Source of the DNA: Lachnospiraceae bacterium
GTDB taxonomy: Bacteria; Bacillota; Clostridia; Lachnospirales; Lachnospiraceae
Direction of reading: 5' to 3'
Assembly: GCA_029063085.1 (NCBI GenBank)
Contig: JAIDOW010000067.1
Location: forward strand, 1 to 64,000
DNA: 64,000 nt
How positions within the stretch are numbered: the stretch's first letter is position 1; each line of letters begins with the position of its first letter. Of this stretch, positions 9,301 to 15,889 are shown piece after piece. Below the pieces are notes generated by a model that saw only the letters and a list, made by a program, of their open reading frames with translations, did no database searches and was not told where the DNA came from. Made by a program: the position numbers and the translations under genes.

Positions 9301-9784
9301 TGCTCTTAAAAGAAACCTTCTTGACTGTTGCTTTCTTTGGTGACACGACAGCCGTCAGATTCTGTGTCGTTCCTTCTTTTCCTACAATACTTTTCTGGTT
9401 TAAACTTACCTTTGTGACAGGTGTTCCGACTTTCACAGTCAGTACATCTTTTTTCTTTTTGTCTGCCTTGCTCTTAACGGTAATCTTTGCAGTACCGTTT
9501 TTCACTGCGGTCAACTGTCCTTTACTGCTTACCTTTACCACTTTTTTATTTGAACTTTTATAGGTTACTTTTTTGCTTATTTTCCCTGTTGTTTTTACCT
9601 TTGTTGTCAGCTTATATTTCTTTTTCTTTTTTAATACCAATACATTGGTATCTGGTTTTGTTATCGTAACGCTTACAACTTTTTTACCTGTCTTTTTTGA
9701 TGCTGCCTGCACCGGTGGCATTGCTAGACTACAGGTCAAAACGAATGCCAAAGCAGCTGCCATTACTTTTTTTCCATTCCTCAT
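6386..9784 (-). CDS. Secreted multi-modular GH16 beta-glucanase (laminarinase/lichenase-like) with N-terminal Ig-like repeats, a PQPE-rich linker and four C-terminal CBM4/9-like modules
   Basis: 1132-aa ORF. It has a signal peptide (MRNGKKVMAAALAFVLTCSLAMPPVQA) and Lys-rich Ig-like repeats. A PQPQPETPEKPQPEKPQPEKPEPETPK linker follows. The GH16 catalytic motif is present as GEIDIMEVMG (ExDxxE). Four modules begin with NG(D/S/G)F...W. Confidence 0.8.
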   Translation of the reverse strand: MRNGKKVMAAALAFVLTCSLAMPPVQAASKKTGKKVVSVTITKPDTNVLVLKKKKKYKLTTKVKTTGKISKKVTYKSSNKKVVKVSSKGQLTAVKNGTAKITVKSKADKKKKDVLTVKVGTPVTKVSLNQKSIVGKEGTTQNLTAVVSPKKATVKKVSFKSSNKEVATVDAKGNVSLLKKGTAVITATAMDGNGKTAVCNVVVEENAGGNEPSNPQPQPETPEKPQPEKPQPEKPEPETPKDSYKLVWKDEFEGDSLNTEDWNYEYHEPGWVNSELQEYVDSEENIFLKDGALVIKAVKTVDEEGNIHYTSGRINTQKKHDFKYGKFEAKVKVPEGQGFLPAFWMMPTDENLYGQWPKCGEIDIMEVMGQNNKKVYGTIHYGEPHRESQGTHILTEGNYSDDYHVFSCEWEPGKIRWYVDGVMYHEESDWYSAKAGQGTVSYPAPFDQPFYLILNLAVGGSWVGNPDETTSFDNAALVVDYVKVYQKDESEYDENVKKPEKEVILRDPDANGNYVINGDFAEAENLEDEENWAFMTALGGEAQAAIADNAIKITTDNEGTVDYSVQLVQAGLPFEKGATYEVSFDAMASKSRTMKTSIKAPDYGYAEYMSSKTVELGTDKQSYSYEFKMTNDSDANGRLEFNMGAAGSTDDIYISNVKIKKIKAADPNEVEEKTILADGNHVYNGGFQEGEGRLGYWEITNNAEAQIMVTNVNADRRLKVTVDREDAKAEDVLVKQSDLALAGEMKYALSFEAQADAPKSMKIMVAGQELEAELTEDTKTYEFKITTEQGLTNKDIVFYMGEKGTIYLDNIRLVEDTLIKNGSFDAGFAGYEWYADSSADATHVVDSLNESNAADFTIKNTGDQDWKIQMKQNNINLIKGTWYKLSFKAKSSLERKIRVIMQGGEDKDWAVYSGENTVSLTSEYQTFDKTFQMTADTDPEAFLSICLGAVDGDQITQQHRVCIDDISLEEVEAPPLPEIPTGENLLKNGDFANGEENWESAVTAPGEAEVTFAEQKAVFSIANVGTADWNVQLKQAGLTLEEGCSYTVSLKASSTESRTIKLAMLSSTYAYYGGQDITLEAGEEQDISFTFTMDEMTDTAVTMVISMGKIEEQETPVSDITLSDISLVKNVE

Positions 9785-9823
9785 AACTTATCTCCTTTCT
9801 GTACTGCCAGATCTTACAAATCA

Positions 9824-10840
9824 TTAAATCCTGTCTCCGATCAGTATTTCCCTGGCACTGTCATAATGTTTCCCTGCAAACCCAAAATCCTTTTCTTTAT
9901 AATTCCATAATGCATATCCGATTCCGTACTTCTCAAATAATGTAATGATATCCTGATACCAGCGCCTTGTATCCTCCTCTGCTGCCTGATCAATTACGCC
10001 AAACTCACCACAGTACAGTTTTACACCTGCCTGTTTGCAATGCTCAATCGCTGTTTCCATCATTTCTTCATGAAATTCCACACCCATGGTTACGGCTTTT
10101 GATTCCGTAACAGGTTTCCCCTGTAAGCCCAGCTGCTGTGATTTTTCTTTATACCATTTCATGTCATCAGGATATGGAATATCTTCATCCGGTTTCATAG
10201 CCTGGACCCACGCCGCTTTCTGGTGTGTAAACAAAAGCGGTTCATAATAATGAAATGTATACATAATATTGCTATCCAACGGTTTTTCCAAAAGCGGTAC
10301 ACTTTTAACACTGTTCCACTCTACACCTCCGTATATGATCAGTGTATCCACCGTAACTTCCCGGATTGTCTTGACAGCTCTGTCTATCAGCCGGTTCCAT
10401 GGCTTTGCAAATTCAGGATTGACTACCTCATTTAACAATTCAAATGCAATATCCTGATTACCGCCAAATCGCCTAGCCAGCATTTTCCATAACGCCAGGA
10501 ACCGTTCCTGTAGAGAAGAACTCTCAAACAGATTATTTTTCCCTTCTATTTCTGCATCATTAAAATCGTATCCCGGTGTCTTATGCAGATCCAGTATCAC
10601 ACTTAAGTTTGACTGCCTGCACCATTTAAGAAGCCGTTCTAACAGCAGAAAATTTTCTTCCTTTGGCTTTCCCTCCTCACTTTCCAGAAATTCATAATCC
10701 ATGGGAACACGTACATGGTCAAATCCCCATTTTGCAATCTGCACAATATCCTTTTCACAGATAAAGCTTTCATAATGCTCATTTGTATGTACACACTGTG
10801 AAAAATATCCTCCCAGATTGATTCCCTTTTTGTACGACAT
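9824..10840 (-). CDS. Glycoside hydrolase family 5-like beta-glycanase (cytoplasmic, no signal peptide)
   Basis: 338-aa ORF with GH5-like features (GFDHVRVPMDYEF, LLNEVVNPE with the putative catalytic Glu in an NEx context, and WNY near the C-terminus). It sits 40 nt upstream of the GH16 gene on the same strand. Confidence 0.55.
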   Translation of the reverse strand: MSYKKGINLGGYFSQCVHTNEHYESFICEKDIVQIAKWGFDHVRVPMDYEFLESEEGKPKEENFLLLERLLKWCRQSNLSVILDLHKTPGYDFNDAEIEGKNNLFESSSLQERFLALWKMLARRFGGNQDIAFELLNEVVNPEFAKPWNRLIDRAVKTIREVTVDTLIIYGGVEWNSVKSVPLLEKPLDSNIMYTFHYYEPLLFTHQKAAWVQAMKPDEDIPYPDDMKWYKEKSQQLGLQGKPVTESKAVTMGVEFHEEMMETAIEHCKQAGVKLYCGEFGVIDQAAEEDTRRWYQDIITLFEKYGIGYALWNYKEKDFGFAGKHYDSAREILIGDRI

Positions 10841-11092
10841 ATTCGCCCTCCTTTCTCAGATATAGGATTAACAGGTATTTTCAGTACTATTTTATGTATC
10901 CTTAATCTATCATCCTCATCTTTTTTCATATATCAAATTTTTCTTTTTTTTATCAAAATATTCTTGTATTTTCCCTTTATGGATGTTATTCTTTTTTTAT
11001 TAATAAAATTTACACTGACCAGATCATAACGCCTGGTTTCCACTATAATCCCAATCACCTATTAAACGAACCTGTGAAAGGAGACATCTGAT

Positions 11093-11851
11093 ATGGCACC
11101 AGAACCGGATTTCCACTCAAACAGGGCATTGACCCATGCCCAGTTTATACATAGAGAATACAATATTTCACACCTAACCTTTGAAAAAGAATTTGCCTTT
11201 TATAATGCAGTAAAAGACGGCAATCTGCGTGAAGTCAGACGTCTTATGCTCCCCCTTAGAAATGAACAGCTTGGACGGCTGTCTGACAACGATCTGCGCA
11301 ACCTGAAATACCATTTGATCATCACGATCGCCCTGATCACACGTTTTTGCATTGAAGGAGGCATGCTGCCGGAGAATGCCTATACCTTAAGTGATATTTA
11401 CATTCGCAAGCTGGATACCTGCCAGAAGGAAGCCGAAATCGACCAGCTTCATGAACTGGTAATCACAGATTATACAAAAAAAATGAAGCAGCTGAAAAAA
11501 GAAACAATTCTTTCAAAACCTGTCATCCTGACCATGGATTATGTCTACGAACATTTACATGAAAAGATTAAATTAGAAGAAATCGCAGAAACTGTTGGAC
11601 TGAATAAGACGTATCTTTGCGGATTATTTAAAAAAGAAACCGGCATGACCCTTGGAGATTATATTATGAAACGCCGTCTGGAAGCTGCACGGAACATGCT
11701 GGCATACTCTGATTACTCTTGTGTGGATATCGGAAACTACCTATCCTTCTCCTCCCACAGCCATTTTATCAGTGTGTTCAAAAAAGAGACCGGCATGACG
11801 CCAAAGCAATACCGGGATTCCTGCTTTCGTATTCATTTTACGGAACAATAA
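11093..11851 (+). CDS. AraC-family transcriptional regulator
   Basis: 252-aa ORF whose C-terminus is a tandem AraC HTH (YLCGLFKKETGMTLGDYIMKRRLEAARNML ... SHSHFISVFKKETGMTPKQYR). It is divergent from the GH5/GH16 pair. Confidence 0.85.
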   Translation: MAPEPDFHSNRALTHAQFIHREYNISHLTFEKEFAFYNAVKDGNLREVRRLMLPLRNEQLGRLSDNDLRNLKYHLIITIALITRFCIEGGMLPENAYTLSDIYIRKLDTCQKEAEIDQLHELVITDYTKKMKQLKKETILSKPVILTMDYVYEHLHEKIKLEEIAETVGLNKTYLCGLFKKETGMTLGDYIMKRRLEAARNMLAYSDYSCVDIGNYLSFSSHSHFISVFKKETGMTPKQYRDSCFRIHFTEQ

Positions 11852-11953
11852 CTTAGGTAACATCAGTATTTTTTATTTTTGTCTATTGTGTTACAATATC
11901 CCCATATTATGAACGCATTCATTTATCAAACTTTATGAAAGGACAGTTAAAAA

Positions 11954-13186
11954 ATGTCAGATTTCAGGGAACTAATAAAAAGCTTTCCAAAGACAAGGGA
12001 ATATGTACGTGACTTCTTTGTATATGGCTTTAAGACCAGGGACGAGTTCAAAGAAAAAAGCCCCAGAACATATGACAATGAACGCCGCCGGATTGAAAGC
12101 TGGCTGGCTGGATTTGTCAAACAGGACTATACTGAAAAAGGGAAAAATATCTCCCTTGGCATTGACAGCAACCTGCTTGACACCAATCCTCTCTACCGTG
12201 TCTGGAAAACCAAAAGCTTTACGGATAATGATATCATGCTGCATTTTTTCCTGCTGGACTTTCTCAGTGATAAAAAAGGACTGACTATTGAAACTATAAC
12301 CGACGGCATATTGGATACTTACGACGTATTCTTTGACGTACAAATGGTACGCAGAAAATGTAACGCCTATGTAAAAGAGGGTATCCTTCAAAAAGAAAAA
12401 CAGGGAAAGGAGCTTCTATATCGGAAAAATCCCGATTTTCAAAACATTTTGAATACATTTCCCATGCTGGAAAATGCCATTCGATTTTATCAGTTTAGCA
12501 CACCCTTGGGAATTGCCGGCAACACAATTTTAGATACCGTTTCCATGGAAAACCATATATTCCGTGTGAAACACAGTTTTTTTGTACATACATTAGAAGA
12601 TGAGGTTTTACTGGACATATTAGAAGCCATGCAGGAACATTGTATGGTAAGACTGTTTACAAAAAGCTCTAAAAACAGCAAGGAGCTTATCTATAACGGT
12701 GTTCCCCTTCAGATTTTTATCAGTACCCGGACTGGAAGAAGGTTTTGCTGCCTGTATTCTGTTAAATCCAGACGTTTTCACTGTCTGCGCATGGACTCCA
12801 TAAAAAAAGCAGAGATAACAAAACCCGCGGAAGATTATGATGAACTCCGGGCCGCATTAGAGCGGAACCATCCTTATATATGGGGGGTATCCTTTGAAAA
12901 CGGTCAGAAACAGCATACCGAAACCGTTAAGCTTACCCTGCATATCTTGGAAGACTCTGAAGCCTTCATTATAGAACGTCTAAAACGAGAAGGAAAAGGC
13001 GGCATCATAACCCATATAGGCCGGAATACCTATACCTATGAAAAGGAAGTATTTGACAGTAATGAAATGCTTCCATGGATCCGTACTTTTACCGGACGCA
13101 TTATAGATATCAATTGCAGCCATGACCGTTTAAAAAATCGCTTTTATGGAGATATGGAAAATATGTACCGGCTCTATGATATTTAA
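11954..13186 (+). CDS. WYL-domain transcriptional regulator (wHTH-WYL-WCX architecture), PafB/PafC-like
   Basis: 410-aa ORF. An N-terminal wHTH-like segment is followed by a WYL-like core (GVPLQIFISTRTGRRFCCLYSVKSRRFHCLRMDSIKKAEI). The C-terminus is WCX-like (MLPWIRTFTGRIIDINCSHDRLKNRF). Confidence 0.55.
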   Translation: MSDFRELIKSFPKTREYVRDFFVYGFKTRDEFKEKSPRTYDNERRRIESWLAGFVKQDYTEKGKNISLGIDSNLLDTNPLYRVWKTKSFTDNDIMLHFFLLDFLSDKKGLTIETITDGILDTYDVFFDVQMVRRKCNAYVKEGILQKEKQGKELLYRKNPDFQNILNTFPMLENAIRFYQFSTPLGIAGNTILDTVSMENHIFRVKHSFFVHTLEDEVLLDILEAMQEHCMVRLFTKSSKNSKELIYNGVPLQIFISTRTGRRFCCLYSVKSRRFHCLRMDSIKKAEITKPAEDYDELRAALERNHPYIWGVSFENGQKQHTETVKLTLHILEDSEAFIIERLKREGKGGIITHIGRNTYTYEKEVFDSNEMLPWIRTFTGRIIDINCSHDRLKNRFYGDMENMYRLYDI

Positions 13187-13256
13187 AATATTTATATGAT
13201 TATGAAACTCATCACTTTGAAGTATAGGCAATATCAGCCCAATATAGGAGAATTCC

Positions 13257-14255
13257 ATGAATCTATTTTCAGAGACATATAACTGCTATTATCAGATTAT
13301 GCAGTCCATATTGACAAACCAGTCCGCATTTACCCTTACAGAACTTCAGACTGGTATTTCAGAAATCGGTTATGAAGAAAGTCTTTTATACCTTATCCCC
13401 AAACTCAAAAACAGGGAATGGGATTTGTTAAAGGAAAAAGATGGTGTTTTTTTATCCAAAATCTCAAAAGATTTTTATGTTCCCCTAACCCTGCTCCAAA
13501 AAGCTTACATAAAGACGATACTACAGGATGAGAGGATACAGTTGTTTTTTGATGCAGATGAATTAAAACACTTACAGGATTTATTTGAAGATGTTCCCGT
13601 TCTCTGGAAACCCGGTGACTTTTATTATTATGACCGGTTTTCAAACAGAGATGACTATGAAAATGCGGACTATCAGAAGCATTTCCGTACCCTGGTAACT
13701 GCCATTTCCCATAACCAATATGTGGATATTTCCTATGAATCCAAAACAAACCACCGGGTACATCATCATTATCTTCCCTGCCGTCTGGAATATTCCATTA
13801 AAAATGATAAGTTCCGCCTACTGGGAATCGAACAGTCTGCCAAAAACAAAAACCGCATTGAAATCCTTAACCTAGACCGTATGAGAGAAGTAACGCTGCT
13901 GCCTGCTTTTGCAAAAAAGCTTCCGGACATCAACAAAAGTATTCGTACCGATTATTACAGGGAACCTGTCAGGCTTCTCATTCACACTGAACGCAACACT
14001 CTGGAACGCACAATGCTTCAGTTTGCCAACTACGAAAAAAATACAAGAAAAATTGATGCACATACTTATGAATGTCTCATCTACTATAATAAGAAAACCG
14101 AAACAGAACTGCTGATTGAAGTTCTATCCTTTGGTCCTATGATAGAAGTACTTGGCAATGAACCTTTCTTGCAGCAGATAAAACAACGGCTTCAGAAGCA
14201 AAAACAGTTACAAAATGCTTTCTGTTCCGGTCAATATGAAAATAACAATATATGA
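13257..14255 (+). CDS. WYL-domain transcriptional regulator (HTH-WYL-WCX), second member of a tandem pair
   Basis: 332-aa ORF. It has an HTH (FTLTELQTGISEIGYEE), a WYL-like core (VHHHYLPCRLEYSIKNDKFRLLGIEQS...RIEILNLDRMREV) and a WCX-like C-terminus (LIEVLSFGPMIEVLGNEPFLQQIKQRL). Confidence 0.6.
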   Translation: MNLFSETYNCYYQIMQSILTNQSAFTLTELQTGISEIGYEESLLYLIPKLKNREWDLLKEKDGVFLSKISKDFYVPLTLLQKAYIKTILQDERIQLFFDADELKHLQDLFEDVPVLWKPGDFYYYDRFSNRDDYENADYQKHFRTLVTAISHNQYVDISYESKTNHRVHHHYLPCRLEYSIKNDKFRLLGIEQSAKNKNRIEILNLDRMREVTLLPAFAKKLPDINKSIRTDYYREPVRLLIHTERNTLERTMLQFANYEKNTRKIDAHTYECLIYYNKKTETELLIEVLSFGPMIEVLGNEPFLQQIKQRLQKQKQLQNAFCSGQYENNNI

Positions 14256-14271
14256 ATTCTGCAATTTTTTC

Positions 14272-14300
14272 TTGCCAGTTGTACTATTGCTTGTTATACT
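14272..14300 (+). promoter_or_regulatory. Sigma-A-type promoter for the PurF-like gene (TTGCCA-17 nt-TATACT), with the -35 embedded in an inverted repeat
   Basis: TTGCCA at 14272-14277, a 17-nt spacer, and TATACT at 14295-14300. The inverted repeat CTTGCCAG...TTGGCAGAAG flanks the promoter. The leader contains the hairpin CATGCCG-CAA-CGGGCATG, and the RBS GAGGAG precedes the ATG at 14398. Confidence 0.55.
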
Positions 14301-14397
14301 CTATTTTGGCAGAAGTCAGTACCCATGCCGCAACGGGCATGTTATATCTGCTTTCATCAATTGCCAATAGAAATAATGGATACAAGAGGAGAAAATC

Positions 14398-15807
14398 ATG
14401 GGTGGATTTTTTGGAGTTGTCGCAAAAGAAGACTGTATGTTTGATTTATTTTTCGGAACGGATTATCATTCCCATTTAGGTACAAGACGCGGCGGTCTTG
14501 CAGTATATGGAGAAAAAGGCTTTGACCGTTCTATTCATAACATTGAAAATGCCCCTTTCCGTACCAAATTTGATAAAGATGTTCAGGAAATGGAGGGATA
14601 TATGGGCATTGGCTGTATCTCAGACTATGAGCCTCAGCCCCTGATTGTACGTTCCCACCATGGAACCTATGCAATTACGACCGTCAGCAAGATTAACAAT
14701 ACGGATGACATCGTAAATACCATTTTCAGTAACGGAAATTCCCATTTCCTGGAAATGAGCGGAGGCGATATCAATCCCACGGAACTGGTTGCCGCAATCA
14801 TCAATCAAAAAAAGAATATCATTGACGGTATTCACTATGCTCTGGAACTAATCGAAGGTTCTCTGACCATAATGGTCATGACGCCAAAGGGCATCTATGC
14901 TGCAAGGGATAAATATGGCAGAACCCCACTTGTAATCGGGAAAAAGGAAGATGCCTACTGTCTTACGTTCGAAGATTTTGCCTACCGCAATCTCGGATAT
15001 GAAGACTACAAGGAATTAGGTCCTGGCGAAATCGACATTATAACCAAAGAAGGCGTAAAAACCTTAGTAGCTCCGGGAAAAGATATGAAAATCTGTACTT
15101 TCCTGTGGGTATATTACGGTTATCCGTCCAGCTCCTATGAGGGAGTCAGCGTGGAACAAATGCGTTATAACTGTGGTGCCTCACTTGCTAAGAGGGATAA
15201 CGTAAAACCGGACATTGTTGCAGGCGTGCCCGATTCCGGAACTGCCCATGCTGTAGGATATTCCAATACTTCCGGCATTCCCTTTTCCAGACCGTTTATC
15301 AAATACACACCAACCTGGCCCCGCTCCTTTATGCCTACTATTCAGAGTAAACGGAATCTGATTGCCAAAATGAAGCTGATTGCCGTCCATGACCTGATCA
15401 AAGATAAAAGCCTGTTATTGATCGATGATTCTATCGTCCGGGGAACCCAGCTTCGGGAAACCACCGAATTTTTATATCAGAGCGGTGCAAAAGAGGTTCA
15501 TATCCGCCCTGCCTGTCCCCCTCTGGTATATGGCTGTAAATATCTGAATTTCTCCCGTTCTTCTTCCGAAATGGATTTGATCACCCGACGGGTAATCGCC
15601 AAATTAGAAGGTACGGAAAATGTCTCCGAAGAAATATTACAGCAATACACAGACCCGGAATCACCAAAGTATGACCAGATGGTAGAGGAAATCCGTAAAG
15701 AACTCAATTTCACTACCCTTCGCTACAACCGGTTAGACGATTTATTAGCAGCCGTAGGACTTCCAGAAGAAAACCTATGTACCTACTGCTGGAACGGAAA
15801 AGAATAA
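14398..15807 (+). CDS. Amidophosphoribosyltransferase (PurF/class-II Ntn amidotransferase + PRTase) family paralogue, divergent
   Basis: 469-aa ORF. The PRTase PRPP loop LLLIDDSIVRGTQLRE and GVPDSGTAHAVGYSNTSGIPF closely match PurF. C-terminal cysteines (CTYC) lie where PurF binds its Fe-S cluster. The N-terminus reads MGGFFGVVAKEDCMFDLFFG, which is either Gly in place of the Cys1 nucleophile or a 12-aa propeptide ending ED|C. Confidence 0.7.
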   Translation: MGGFFGVVAKEDCMFDLFFGTDYHSHLGTRRGGLAVYGEKGFDRSIHNIENAPFRTKFDKDVQEMEGYMGIGCISDYEPQPLIVRSHHGTYAITTVSKINNTDDIVNTIFSNGNSHFLEMSGGDINPTELVAAIINQKKNIIDGIHYALELIEGSLTIMVMTPKGIYAARDKYGRTPLVIGKKEDAYCLTFEDFAYRNLGYEDYKELGPGEIDIITKEGVKTLVAPGKDMKICTFLWVYYGYPSSSYEGVSVEQMRYNCGASLAKRDNVKPDIVAGVPDSGTAHAVGYSNTSGIPFSRPFIKYTPTWPRSFMPTIQSKRNLIAKMKLIAVHDLIKDKSLLLIDDSIVRGTQLRETTEFLYQSGAKEVHIRPACPPLVYGCKYLNFSRSSSEMDLITRRVIAKLEGTENVSEEILQQYTDPESPKYDQMVEEIRKELNFTTLRYNRLDDLLAAVGLPEENLCTYCWNGKE

Positions 15808-15826
15808 AAAATCATAAAAGAGAGCC

Positions 15827-15869
15827 GCCGTATTAAAGTTTTATCCTGCTTAATACGGCACTCTCTTTT
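15827..15869. terminator. Bidirectional terminator hairpin between the PurF-like gene and the convergent lipoprotein gene
   Basis: AGAGAGCCGCCGTATTAA-agttttatcctgc-TTAATACGGCACTCTCT, followed by TTTTTT. Confidence 0.6.
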
Positions 15870-15889
15870 TTACATTTTTGAACTTGATT

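Noticed and set aside
9063-9563. 166-aa plus-strand ORF rich in GCGFSG/FSGC repeats
   Set aside because: It is antisense to the PQPE linker and Ig-like repeats of the GH16 gene. The repeats are just the complement of the proline/glutamate-rich coding repeats. Similar antisense ORFs inside the adaptor gene (20671-21258) and the FtsX coiled-coil region (31945-32537) were rejected for the same reason.
10639-10929. 96-aa minus-strand ORF overlapping the GH5 start region
   Set aside because: It overlaps the 5' end of the GH5 gene in another frame and extends into the divergent promoter region. No RBS, and no motif support.
14398-14440. Initial idea that the PurF paralogue is a Cys-less pseudoenzyme
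   Set aside because: Only partly rejected. A Cys at residue 13 preceded by ...KED mimics the propeptide processing site of Bacillus PurF, so the nucleophile may be present after cleavage. It is kept as an open question in the findings.
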